Shown piece by piece: positions 51,341 to 64,000 of a stretch of 64,000 nucleotides of DNA. The position numbers were made by a program, and so were the translations under genes. The notes beneath the pieces were generated by a model. The model was not told the origin of the DNA. It saw only the letters and a program-made list of their open reading frames with translations, and made no database searches. Each line of letters opens with the position of its first letter. The first letter of the stretch is position 1. The DNA comes from Camelus dromedarius. Taxonomy: Eukaryota. The DNA lies in contig NC_087472.1 in NCBI RefSeq assembly GCF_036321535.1, forward strand, positions 101,868,001 to 101,932,000, written 5' to 3'.

Positions 51341-54300
51341 ACTGGAGCAGGGATTTCTAAAAGCAACACGGGTTTCAGCGCTGCTTCTTACAGCTTAGAA
51401 ACAGAAAGACTAAAGCGGAGACCAAGCATCACCTCTTGGTTAAAAGCACAACAGGGTGGCAGAAACTGAGACCCTCCAATCGGCTGCGGGAGAAGATGTG
51501 CTTTTTAACGAGAAGCATTAAATGGTATTTCCAACAAATCTTTACAAAATCCTGCAAACCAGTTGGTGGGAGAAAGAATGTGGAAATTATGTTGCTTTTT
51601 TTTTAAGCTGACTTGAATTTTTCACTCTTTGGCAGGGCTCAGTTTATAAAGAGGAAGTGGATTTTTAATATATTTACTCTAAAGCAGTGTCTTCGATGGG
51701 GTAAAATGAACCACCGCCTCTGGAGCACATGGCGCTAATAAAGCCAAACAGCCTTTCCCCAAGGGTTCATAAGCTTAACCCCCAACCTCCGTGCCTCCCC
51801 ACCCCCATTTTTTTTTTTTGACTGTTCAGAATTTGCTCTCTGAGCACCCTTCTGTGATGAAAACACCCAGCGCTGGCCTTGACCCAGAGGAAGTGCTTTT
51901 GACTGTGGTGGTCCTGAAATAAATCAGCGCTTTTTGAGAGGAACTTGAGGGAGTAAAATCTACAACTCACATTATCAGTCTGGGATGGAGTCCTTGTGAA
52001 CGGCAGAGGCAGCAAACTTCAAACTTTATCAAGATCGCAGTGCTCATTAAGGAAGTGAAATTAAGCCAGATTTGAAGGAAAGCGCTGTAGTAATTACAGA
52101 GTTACGAAGATTTAAAAGCTATGCGCCTGGGCACGCAGAGAGCAACGTGTTTCCTTTGGGTTCAGAGACACCGCAATTACAGGGCTTAAGGGTAGCAGAG
52201 CACCGAATTAGAACTCCCCATTAGTTTGATTAATCACTGATGTAAGTGCAGGCGCTGGAAATAGCTATGGTTCAGCCTGATTTGTGTCTCTTCCTCCTCC
52301 CCCTCCCCTTGTCTCCCTCTATTTCCTTTACAAGATCAGGGGGTCAGGGAAGAATACAAACCTTGTATTAATGATAAGAAATTGGGTGCAAGAAAGTTAA
52401 AACTTCCTGAAGCTTAATGATTTCCCTACATCGGTGTTGGATTTGCCAAGACTTGTATAATAGTGTGTTCTTTCCGCCTCCCAGGCTGTTAAATGGTAAT
52501 GGTACAGCAGTGACATGTTAGTAAATCTAATAAGAAAACCGGAGAATAATGTATTTTATGTGGGTGTAGAACAAGTTAACATCCCCATAGGAAGCTCACC
52601 GAGATAATAATATATGATATTGCATTCAACTGGCTATAACAAACAAACAAAAAACCCAGTATCTAGCCAATTAGCAATAAAGGGTGAGAGCCTGGCTCTT
52701 TGGAAAGAACTGTTACACCCTTCGGATCAACCTGACTCACAAATCTACTTGCAGAAATGGTGTCTGGCCAGGGAGAAGGATGCTACTGGGGTGAGGTAAG
52801 TATTTTGGGGTCAGGATATTTGACCCAGTGCCTCCACATCAGTATAACCAAAAAGTACAGCCAATTTTTTGTATGGATGGAGAACACAAAGGCTCAGAAA
52901 TGGTCAACGTGCTAATTCAAACCCAGCATGACCACTCAGAGAAAGAACCCTGTTAAGGAAAATCCAGAATTCTTGGCACAAAAGCACTTTACTGGACTGA
53001 CCAGCCTTTAAATTGTGGCCAAGACGACCCTTGATGGGAAAGGTGATTTTGTCAGCGGGAGATTTTAAATAAAAAATGTCACTGAAATTAACTTCCGTAG
53101 CCCTTTTCATATTTGCACATGAACTACAGGGCTCCTGGGATCAAAAGTGAGACAACCGACCAGCCATGCCTCTTAAATTATTTTTCCGGAGGTATTTTCT
53201 TTCTCCACCTCAATTGTAAAGATCCAGGAATAACAGCCCAGTGAACAAAGTAGACATTTTTATTTCTCATCCTGTCTCAATGGTCTCATAATGGGTTCAA
53301 TAAGAGTCTGGAAGTAATGAAAGTTTCTCCACAGAGAAACACAAGACTCACCATAAGGAGCGACAGCGCCTAGGAGTCTCCAATGGTAACGGCAACACTA
53401 GCAGAAACATTGCAGGAGTCCGAATTTCCGCCTTAAAAGAAAGAGGAGAATCACTAGTGTACAACTGGACTTTTAGGCCATTAAGACAAAAATAAAAGTT
53501 GTCCAAAATTCTGTTGAAAAATAAGTGGTAACAAGTACTTGGATTACGGCTCATTTTAATTTTTTTTGAAACATGTTTCTAGTATTTCCTACGGACTTCG
53601 AGGAGAACTTCAGCCCTGGTCACTAGAAAGTCATAATAAAAGGATGGGGAAGGAGAAAAAGAGAAAAAAGAGAGTTGAGGGGTTTAAGTTATTTTCCTTT
53701 TTAAATTTTGCCTCGATTTGTCCTTCAGAGAGAGTGTATTCATTGTTAACCACCCAAAGCCTTGCGCAGCTTTGTGACAAAGGCAGACGTTGTCATCTGT
53801 CTCCCCGCTCTCCCTTTCTCCTCTTCTGGCAGAATCTCGATTTTGTTCCACGCAGCAGTGGTACCAGCCAATCTGCTCCCCATCTTAGACTCCCTTCAGG
53901 GTTGGCCAGATGATGCATTTCTGGATAAAGACATCTACATGGACATCTGCTAGAGGTTTCTAGGAATGTTGTTGCTTTCCCTATACAGGTGCTGTCCCTT
54001 CCCACTTCTTCCTTCTTCTTTGGCCCTGGAGAATGGACTCTGAGGCTGAGAGGGAAGGGCTGTCCTAGGACTGTGACGTACATGAGGATGAAAGCAAAGG
54101 AATAAGGCTCTTGGAACGTAAATAATGGAGCAGAGCACTCTCCCAGACCTGGCCTCCCCCTACTCCAGATTTCTTGTATTGTGAAAAAAAAAATTGCCCC
54201 CTATTTGGGTCAGCTACTACACATGCAGTCAGATGCAGTTCTGACTAATAGGAGTATCGAGTCCTTACAAAGCATTGCTCCAACATTCAGGATAGCAGGG

Positions 54301-54499
54301 CTCTGGATCCTGCTCATTCATTCAGTCATAGATGTCATTCAACAAACAAATACCTACTGTGTGTCTGTGACTGTTCTAGGAACCAAGGAATCATCTCTGA
54401 ATTAAACAAAGACCTGCCCTCAAGGTGTTTCCCTTCCAGTTAAACAGCATTAAATAATCCTTGTCCAATAACAGTTTATGTATTAAGAACATGGTTCTA

Positions 54500-54785
54500 G
54501 TCCAGTTATAAGTAATAGGGATGTAATGTACAACATGATGAACATAATGAACACTGCTGTATGTTATATATGAAAGTCGTTAGAGTAAATCCTAAGAGTT
54601 CTCATCACAAGAAACAAAATTTTCCTAATTCTTTAATTTTGTATCTACAGAAGATGATGGATGTTCATTAAACTTATTGTGATAATTATTCCATGATGTA
54701 TGTAAGTCAAATCATCATGCTGTGCATCTTAAATGTTTACAGTGTTATATGTCAATTACATCTCAATAAAACTGGAAGAAAAAAA
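54500..54785 (+). mobile_element. L1 (L1MA/MB-type) 3' end
   Basis: ggatgtaatgtacaacatgatg...aagagttctcatcacaag...tctcaataaaactggaagaaaaaa. Confidence 0.85.
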
Positions 54786-54832
54786 GATGATTCCAGTGGG
54801 TTCATATACTTAAAATAATAAAAAATGACGTC

Positions 54833-55242
54833 TGTAGCAGATGACGTCGATTCCCTTCCAGAATTCCTTCACCTGGCTGGAGCGCTCAGCCCCACACTGC
54901 TGTGGATGTTGGCTGCTTGTAGCTGCAACCTGCTCTGGAGGATTTCCTGTATCTCACTAGAGCCACTGGAGAGGTTACATCCTCCCAGAAGGGCAGCCTA
55001 CAGCCCATGACTCAATGGTACAGTGTGGATACACTCTGTGCTGGCATTCACACTCCAGAGCTCTTTGTGGGATGAGGCTGAGGTTGCCTTTTGCTGAATC
55101 CACATCTTTGCTGAGCTCCTTCCCCTGCCAAACCTGCTTCCCTCACACCTCACATGTTCCGCCCCAAGAGCTCTCCCTCACTACATCACCTGCACCAAAC
55201 ACTCTACCTCAGGTTCTGCTGTTGGGAACTTGACCTAAGACA
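54833..55242 (+). mobile_element. LTR16-type solo LTR
   Basis: TGtagcagatg...ctcaggttctgctgttgggaacttgacctaagaCA. Confidence 0.8.
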
Positions 55243-55614
55243 GTGTCTATCTCCATTTTTATTTAATCAATAGAGTATAATTTTTTCATTTTCCCCGTTT
55301 GAACAAACCATCTGAAAACTTTCTGATTTGAATTAATGTTTGTAGAAGTTAGAGGGGCTTACTTATAACTCACAGTTTATCATCGTTCAGTTGAACACAG
55401 CTAGCCACCATTTTGATTTTGACCAGTAAAACATCCTAATTGTACTAACTAATAACAACAAACCATTTAATTTTCACCCTCAAGTGACCACCAGATAAGA
55501 AAGGATGCATAAAGCTTCTTAATACTGGAATATCATTTCATGAGAAGTATAAAAACAAGAAAAGTTATGAAAATCTCCTCTAGATCATAGTCAATGGATC
55601 CAAATCTTTCATTT

Positions 55615-56600
55615 TTCATTTTTTTAATTGAAATATATAGTCAACTTACAATGTGTCAATTTCTGGTGTACAGCATGTTTCAGTTGTACATACATATACA
55701 TACATATATTCCTTTTCATATTCTTTTTCATTATAGGTTACTACAAGATATTGAATGTAGTTCCCCGTGCTATACAGAAGAAACTTGTTGTTCATCTATT
55801 TTATATATAGTAGTTAGTATTTGCAAATCGAACTCCCAATTTATCCCTTCCCATCCCCTTTCCCCCCAGTAACCATAAGTTTACCATATCTGTAAGTCTG
55901 TTTCTGTTTTGTAGGTAAGTTCACTTGTGCCTTTTTTTAATTTTTGGATTCCATATGTGAGTGATATCATATGGCATTTTCCTTTCTCTTTCTGGCTTAC
56001 TTCACTTAGAATGATGATCTCCAGGTCCATTAATGTTGCTGCAAATGGCATTATTTTATTCTTTTTATGGCTGAGTAGTATTCCATTGTATAAACATACC
56101 ATACCTTCTTTATCCAGTCCTCTGTTGGTGGACATTGAGGTTGTTTCCATGTCTTGGCTATTGTAAACAGGGCTGCTATGAACACTGGGGTGCACGTACC
56201 TTTTCAAATTAGAGTTCCCTCCAAATATATGCCCAGGAGTGGGATTGCTGGATCATATGGTAAGTCTATTTTTAGTTTTTTGAGGAATCTTCATACTGTT
56301 TTCCATAATGGCTGAACCAAACTACATTCCCACCAGCATAGTGTAGGAGGGTTCCCTTTTCCCCACACCCTCTCCAGCATTTATTGTTTGTGGACTTTTG
56401 AATGATGGCCATTCTGACTGGTGTGAAGTGATGAGGTGATACCTCATTGTAGTTTTGATTTGCATTTCCCTGATAGTTAGCGATATTGAGCATTTTTTCA
56501 TGTGCCTATTGGCCATTTGTATGTCCTGACTGGAGAATTGCTTGTTTAGGTCTTCTGCCCATTTTTGGATTTTTGTTGTTGTTGTTAATTAAGTTGTATG
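55615..56600 (-). mobile_element. Young 5'-truncated L1
   Basis: Minus-strand ORF2 remnants [51 protein letters not shown]. Confidence 0.93.
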
Positions 56601-56707
56601 ACCTACTTATATCCATTTTGCATTTACATTTAGTGGGAATAAATACTATCCACACTGTGATTTGTTATGCTTATAAATAATAGCACCAAAACTTTCCTCT
56701 CATATTA

Positions 56708-57015
56708 TGTCTTAGTTGGCTCAGGCTGCCATAACAAAATACTATAGATTGGGTGACTTGAACAATAGAAATTTATTTCTCACAGTTCTAGGCTGGGAGT
56801 CTAAGATCAGGGTGCCATCATGGATGGATTCTGGTGAGGACCTTTCTCCTGGTTTTTAGACTGCCTTCTCCGTGTGTCCTCATATGGTGGAGAGAAAGGG
56901 CTTTGGTGTTTTTTTCTTCCTATAGCACTAATTCCATCTTGTGGGCTCCAACCTAATGACCTCAAGTAAACCTAATCACTTCCCAAAGACCCCCCACCTC
57001 CAAACACCATCACAT
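56708..57015 (-). mobile_element. MLT1A-type LTR (truncated)
   Basis: tgtcttagttggctcaggctgccataacaaaatac...atttatttctcacagttct. Confidence 0.85.
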
Positions 57016-57026
57016 TTTTTTTTTTA

Positions 57027-57350
57027 AGAGGACACTAATGAACTCATCTCCAAAACAGAAAGAGGCTCGCAAACATAGTAAACAATTTTATGGTTACTGT
57101 GGGAAAGGGATAATTTGGGAGTTTGAGATTTGCAAATGTTAGCCACTATATATAAAAATAGATTTAAAAAAACAAAAACAAGTTTATTCTGTATAGCACA
57201 GGGAACTGTATTCAATATCCTCTAATAACCTTTAATGAAAAAGAATATGAAACCGAATATATGTATGTTTATGTATGACTGGGACATTGTGCAGTACACC
57301 AGAAATTGACACATTGTAACTGACTGTACTTCAATTAAAAAAAATAATAA
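57027..57350 (+). mobile_element. Young L1 3' UTR fragment
   Basis: aatgaactcatctccaaaacagaaa...agaaattgacacattgtaactgactgtacttcaattaaaaaaa. Confidence 0.9.
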
Positions 57351-59695
57351 AAACCAAATATGTCATATATAAAAAACACAAAATGAAAGTTATTAACATC
57401 ATGTCATGAAAACAGTTTTTGTCTATTTTGATGCCTGAAGATAAAATTAAATTTTCACTAGACTTTAATGTACACTGAGTCTAAGATCACATAGGAAATA
57501 ATATGTCATTTTAAAATGAATTTGCTGACACTGTTACAAAAGCAACTTAAGGTAAATAAGCCGTATCACTTGTTAAATAGAAAAATACCAAAATTTGTCT
57601 TTGTAAATTTTGAATAGTGTTAAAATCGCATTAAAATGATGTTCCTAGTATAACTTTTAATTATTTGTTAAGCCAAAATTAAACAGTACTTCCTTAAAAT
57701 TGGGTATTTTATCATGCATTATACAAAAAAAGAATAAAATTTTTTTTAACATTTTAAGGAACGGAAAATACAGTATGTCATTTTCAAAGGGGTTCAAGTT
57801 TGCATAAAATGGAAATGGTGAAATAGTTGATCTCTGGAGTTGCATATGATCTGAATAACTATGACTGTCCTCCCATAAGCTGAACTTGGAGCTGCAGCAT
57901 ACCTGGGGACCTTTATTTATCTGCCACTTTATCAGTAGGTAGTTGGATAATAGTCTTTAAGTATTTAAAAACAGGACATTGCCCCAGTCTGCCCCACTCT
58001 TTCATTGCCCATTCCTATCCTCATTGGTGTTCCACAGCCCATGGAACCTTCTTCCCTAGACCCTGTCTTGTATTTTTTCTAAACAAGAAGTACTGGGCTT
58101 ACTCAAGGAAAAAAGTACACTGGGACGTGAAATGAACCAAACAATACAAATGTCTTGCCTATAGAAACCTTGAACTAAGTTTATGGATTCTCCAGCCCTA
58201 GAGAATTTTCAGAATGTCTCCAAACATTCAACATCTTGGGAAGGAACTGAACTAAATGACCCTTTCAATTCTAAGATGACATGTTTCCAATCACTGGTGC
58301 TCAATACTAATCCAAGCTGAGCTCTTGCACACTACTTTATTGTCTTCAATGTTAAAACACATGAAGCACACATTGTAGACTTTGTCTACACCACAAGCAC
58401 AAACCAGTGTGTACAATGACAGTAACCAGAGAGAACTGTGATCTGGAGGATAAGAAAAGACACCCAAATCAAGTTTCCATTTGGACTAATTCATTAGCTT
58501 TACAATAAACTAGTTTGGATTTTCCCACCAAAAATAGAGGATTCTATCTTTTTTAAAGTCTTGAAATCTGTATCATCTTTCTTCCTCAGTCTTTTTCTCC
58601 CACATATGCCAATTGAGCAGCTAAAATCCAGAATTAATTGATAACTCTGTCCATGCATCTCCATAGCTCTACAAAAACCCCTTGGGCAATTCTTTGTTAA
58701 CAGAAGCACTGATCATGTAAAGATAGTATTTTGATTGAACATTATGTTGAGTTATGATACCTATCTTAAGTACTTTATATGCATTCTTTGTATATTTATA
58801 TTGACATCTATTTATTATATATGTTGCAAATAGACAAAAGCAAATCCAATTCTGTGCTACTGAATGCTGGTTTACTTTGCTCTTTACTCACATTTCAAGA
58901 AATCCTGTAATGGATTTAAGAAGTTGTCATTGTAAGGAGTTCGAATTATATGAAGTTAGCCCTCCGTGGTTAGGGTAGCATCCAAAGGGTGGAGGCTGGG
59001 ACTCAGAGTTAGGATTTCTGAGCACAGTACTCTCTCTCAGCGATTTCAATGACTTAAAGCATTCCCTGGGCAAGCTACTCGGCCCTTCTTTTCTTGCTTC
59101 CCTTTCAAGTCATAATTCCTATCCTTATATATGGCAGTTCTGAAAACAAGCCTCCAATAAAGGGCTTGGCAATACTGGGATGAAATGAACCACCAAGCAC
59201 TGCTGTATCCAGCAAGACATTTTTCTGGGAGAAAATGACTCCTATAGCCTTGTCTCTATCAATGTCTAAAATGGCTTCCTTAGTAAACACAACCAGAGGT
59301 TGGTCCCTGCCAAATGATGCAGACAAAACAATCTTCCTCAAATCCCTGGAGTTACTCTTCTGCGGTCTAAGAGGATTACTAGGCAATAGCTTCCTGGTAA
59401 CCAGGCCCAAATACATTTCCATTACTTATTTTCTTCCAGTGCCTCCACCCACCTTTCAAAACCATTTCTCTGCCTTCAGGACACACTTTTGAAAATTACC
59501 ACATGCTGGTTCTTACCCCGGTGAGGTCCCAGCCCACCATGACAATGTGCCCCCTTCTCCCACAGATACCACTGTTCCTCAACACGTGAATTTAACGTTC
59601 AATCCACTTAGTAAAGCTTTCGGTTTTTCTCAAAATTTGTCTATTAGAGACAGTATGAGGAACAGGGGGCTCCCTTGGCCCTACTTAATGATTTA

Positions 59696-59883
59696 ATGTG
59701 GTTCTCAACCTTCTCTGCACATTGGAATCATCTAGAAAGCTTTAAAAAATACTGATAGCTGGCTTCCTACCGCCAACCCCACCAAGAAGTTCTAGTTTAA
59801 TTGGTCTCGAGTGCAGCTGGGGCATCAGGACTTTTTAAACTCCCCAGATGTTTCTAATATTCAGCCAAGGTTAAGAATCAACT
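59696..59883. mobile_element. MER5B-type hAT-Charlie MITE
   Basis: gtggttctcaacc...attggaatca...cagccaaggttaagaatc. Confidence 0.8.
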
Positions 59884-60049
59884 AGAGTGAGGAAATTTGA
59901 TTTAAATGCTGCCACTAATTAGCTATGTGGCCTTGAGCAAAAGAGATACTCATTTATTGAATAGGTATTCCTTAACAGCTTGTTCTATGCAAGACACTGC
60001 TAGGGACCTTATCTCTCCAGCCTCCAAGATAAGTGAATTGGACTCAACC

Positions 60050-60230
60050 ACATACTCATTCATTCAGCAAATAAGTACTGAGTGCCCCCTACCTGCCAGG
60101 CACTGAGCTTGGCACCAGGGGTACAGCAATGAATTCGATGGACAGAATCCCTGCCCTTGTGGAACTTACAGTTTAGTTGAGGGAGACATGATCATAAACA
60201 AATAATAAAAATTAAAGAGTCATGTCAGAG
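60050..60230 (-). mobile_element. L2 3' end
   Basis: cattcattcagcaaataagtactgagtgcc...tgccaggcactg. Confidence 0.8.
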
Positions 60231-61947
60231 AAAAGATGGAAGGATAATGGGAGGGACTGGCAGCCAACATGGAGGCATCAGTGAGGATGGTGGAGAAGGG
60301 GGTGAATGGAGAGAGGTGGATAGGTTCCAGAAAAAGTCCAGGAGATATCTCCAGGATTTGGTGATAGATATGATACAGGGGTGGGAGGGAGAAAAAGAGA
60401 AGGAGGCCAATTCCTAGGTCCCAATATTGAGGGGTCACTCATTGACTCAGAATGAGAGAAAAGAACCTTAGCCACCCTAGAAGGTTGTGAGGGTCTAGAG
60501 CTAAAGCATGAACCTGGTGCAGTGAAATCAACCCCTACCTCAGACAGAGATCAGGGCAGAGGAGGGACATTAGCTAAGAGATGCAATGGCTCTCACAAGT
60601 GGTCATTTTAGTACCTAGGCTGGATCTTTCTATAGCTACAGGGGAGGCACTAAAGAACCTGTTACCATAGGCCTGGAGAGAGGGAGGGAGGGAGAGAGAG
60701 AGAAGAGACCCACAGCTAATGCTAGATCATCTAAAGGGAAAACACATGTATGTATCCCTCACCTGGGGCACAGATCCTGAGGGACAGTGGACAGAACACT
60801 ACCTGTGGAGACTGCAGAGGTACTGACTGACACACTGGGGGAAAGGTCCCACCAGGAGAAAAAGAATGTATCCTGGGGTGAGAGCAGCTCCAACAGATAA
60901 ACATTTCCAAAAGGCGAGAGGCAGAGGTTAAATAAGGAGGGGGTTCCACAGAGGAACCGACTTGAGGGCAGGGGAGCAGTCACAAAAACTGAGGTCTGCC
61001 TCTGAGGGTCCTTCTGTGAAAGCGTCAACTCCTTGTTGGTTTCCGAGATTTCGTCATCTTCCCTTCACATATGGTTTTTCCCCTTTGATGCTCCTCAAAC
61101 CTTTAGCACAGACTGATAGACATGCATAACGGTCTGTGTTAGGGAGGAAAGTGAGAACTGGGACTCCCAAATAATCTCCTAAAGCTCCCAGAGATCCTTG
61201 CAGAGGGATCAGCAACTTACCCAGAGGATGGTTCTCCAGAGGGCCAGACCTCCACCCCCAGTGACGTTTGTAGCTCCCTCTAGTGTAGTTGGGAGTAACA
61301 CGCGACGCGACACAGAGAAGTGACGTGATGCGGGTGGCCAATTTGAGAGGGGGCTGGGATTCAATCTGCCCCTTTCCCAAATACAGCAGGGAAGCATCCC
61401 TGAAGAGTGAGATGGAAACTTCCATTTGATGTACAGAAGCCAAACACCAGGCACAGCGCCTGGTTCAGAGTTGGCAATCAGCAATTGGCAGCCATTATGA
61501 TGATTATGATGATTGAGATTCAGTTGCTATTGATATCCTGTGGCCTTAAATGATCCCAGAATGGTTAACAGAGTAAGAAATCCCGCAGGCTCACAAGTAG
61601 ACTGTAATGCGGAGCATATGAGGGCACTGTCAATAATCCAGCTCCAAATCAACCTTTAGCCTTTCTTCCCAGCAAGTATATATTGGCCAACTGATGCTAT
61701 TGTACATCACACTCAGACCCTAAGTCTAAAGACTTCCGGGGGACATACTTCTTGTTCTAGAAAAGCTTGTTTCTTTCACTGTGGCCCCTTTGGTGCTATT
61801 TCCCAAAGGGTCAGCAGTTGTTTTGGAAGGCCTACCATGCATCAGGCCAGAGGCCAGGGGAGGGCAGAAGATGCTGCAGGAGGTGGGAGAAAAATCAGAG
61901 GAGAACAGGGCCAAGGGGTGGGGTGGGAATGGACAAGAGAGGAAGAT

Positions 61948-62410
61948 AGGGCCAGTCAGGGTCCCAACAGGAAACAGATGGCATATTCCAATGAAGGTGA
62001 TCTGAAGAGGGTTCTTTTACATAGGGGCTAATTACACAATGGCAGTGGCCAATGACAGAGGGTGGGAAAATGCAAGAACTCAGGGCAAGAGGCAGCAGAG
62101 CTGTCATCACCCCTAGGCCTCCAGGGATGGGGGAAGAGAGAGGTTACCAGAAGAAGACAGTCACACAGGCTTCCTTGAAATAAGCGGTAACCTTAGGTCA
62201 AGGGACAGCCCAAAGAGGGAACTGAGCAGAATAAATATCTGGACCCCACTGTCCTCCCACCCTCTCATCTACTTCCAGAACTCTTCTGAGTTCCAGCCCA
62301 ACTGGACGCCTCTGCACAAGGGAACCCTGTTGACATCATCCACATCGAACAAGCATCCAGGCCATAGAGCAGCCTGGGAAAGGCTGGAGGGGGCCAACAG
62401 TAGCTAACTG
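61948..62410 (-). mobile_element. LTR33-type (ERVL) LTR
   Basis: agtcagggtcccaacaggaaacagatggca...gagctgtcatcacccctaggcct. Confidence 0.65.
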
Positions 62411-62449
62411 GCACGGGAGAGGAGAAATGGCTAAGGATTAGTGAGGCAT

Positions 62450-62867
62450 TCCCTCCCCGCCGCCTATTTTGGAAAGTTTATCTTATGCCACTTTGTTTTT
62501 ACGAAAGACCTACATCAGTACCTGGTTTCACTAACTAAAAGAAATCTGAAAAGGAGTTTCGCTTTTAGGAAAAAAAGGCAAAAAGTGATTTGTTTTGCAA
62601 GGAGCTGAGCCATTAGAGAGGCAGCGCGCATCCTGAGCAGGGAGAGTGGCCCCACCCAGCTCCTTCCTGGGAACTGCACTCACCATCTCAGCATCCAGCC
62701 GCCATAGCTCTGACCTGTGTCTGTGAGCACCTGTGCCTTAACTCCATGTATTCTGTGCATCCCTTAGCAAGAGTGTCCTAAGGTAATTGCTTCTTCACTT
62801 TACGCCATTTCTGCTTACAAAAGTTTTCATAGGAACGCTCTACTTTCAGATAGTGGGAAAACCTAGT
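62450..62867. mobile_element. TcMar-Tigger-type (MER82-like) DNA transposon
   Basis: ttcataggaacgctctactttcagatagtggg terminus as recalled for MER82. Confidence 0.6.
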
Positions 62868-63407
62868 ATGGGGGGGGGGGTGCGCGCGAGCATGTGCGTT
62901 AGATAAAACCATAGGCCCATTAGCAGCACAACAGGCTGAGTTTAACTATCCTGGAAATGATAATGGGTTTATAGTCACCATCCAAACTCTCTTCTTGGGG
63001 TGAGAGAAGCCTGGTTTTGGAAATAGCCACATCTAGGAGCAGGAGTGCGAAGAGAAAACCCTAGCAAAGAAGTAGAGTTTCCCCTGTGGCTGCTAACAGG
63101 ACCACAGAGAACTAGAAAAGGTATTGTCAGGGGGCAAGAAAAGGTGCCAGGTGGGGTGGGGAAGAGCAGAAGGGCTCATAAAGGAAAACAGACATTCGGC
63201 AGTCAGAGAATAGCATGGAGTAGGAGGCAGCTGTACAATGTGTAGTCAGGGCTGTGAGGAAGGGCCTCGGCCCGGAAATTGGCAGTGAGGTAGGGGGCAG
63301 GGAACAGGGTCCAGTTGAGATACCACATTTTTCATAGACTACGACTTTGCTTTCTCCTCTTTTCACCCAGTGTCCTCCTGGAAGACATACAGAGCTTTCC
63401 CTAACAC

Positions 63408-63411
<4 letters not shown>

Positions 63412-63469
<58 letters not shown>
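63412..63469. repeat. Long pure (TG)n microsatellite (~29 units)
   Basis: Direct reading. Confidence 0.97.
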
Positions 63470-63473
<4 letters not shown>

Positions 63474-64000
63474 GTTTTCACTTGTCACTAAATGATCAGC
63501 CTTCAATGAAATGCTTCTATTTTGAGGCATTACCATCTCTAAAACAAGATGCAGAAAAGCAGAGGGAGGAGGCAGTTAGGGGCTGCATTTAATCTTCTCT
63601 AATATTGCAGCGCGAAGGAAACTGGAGAATGAAAACACAGTCATTTAGAAAATGGTTGATGAGTCACTGATTGGCACCGGGTGGAGAAAAAGGGCAGTCC
63701 TTATTCATTCAGAGTACGCCTGGTCTTTACAAATGGGCTCCTCACTCTGCTAGAGGGGCATCTGGGCTTTAGAGCCCAAGAGGGTGGCAGAGGGCAAGGG
63801 CCAGCTGCCCAAGGCAGGCAGGGCCCTCCTCCTCAATCTCCCTGCATTTGGCCCTTGAAAATCCTCCAGCTTTAAGAAGCAGAAAGCTTAATGCTGTCTT
63901 GTTCCTCCTGTACCTCTTTCTTGAGGCCTTAATAATACTTTTGGGGAAACTTCAGCTTCAGAGGAAGCAGGCCAAGTAGAAGACGGCACTTTGTGTGACC

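Noticed and set aside
58375..58391. Palindrome tgtagac-ttt-gtctaca
   Set aside because: A 7-bp stem is expected by chance in 64 kb.
1..64000. tRNA, rRNA, snRNA, processed pseudogene or novel multi-gene system
   Set aside because: None recognised by eye. The remaining short ORFs look like repeat-derived or random frames. An Infernal/Rfam scan and tBLASTn would be needed to exclude small RNAs or decayed pseudogenes formally.

Overview
Placental-mammal genomic DNA, not prokaryotic. The lineage is probably camelid or another cetartiodactyl: this is inferred from the young L1 3' UTRs and from my not recognising any Alu, B1, Bov-tA, PRE1 or Can-SINE. The only supportable coding sequence is the first coding exon of NHS (Nance-Horan syndrome actin regulator, N-terminal WAVE-homology domain) on the minus strand, 45730 to 45184. 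It ends at a GTGAGT donor and lies in a CpG island with a TATA-like element and a Z-DNA-prone (GT)n(GC)n tract. Bases 1-45183 are the start of the very large NHS intron 1; bases ~46100-64000 are upstream. The rest is mostly fossil transposons (L1, L2, L3/CR1, MIR, MLT1, LTR16, LTR33, hAT, Tigger), microsatellites and TE-poor candidate regulatory patches. I found no convincing novel multi-gene system. The best leads are a strong-context uORF in the NHS leader, a promoter-like second CpG patch in intron 1, a ~65-bp direct repeat bracketing a motif-rich segment, and nested or young L1 insertions with clear TSDs. Repeat family names come from recalled consensus sequences, not a search, and repeat boundaries are approximate unless a TSD is given.
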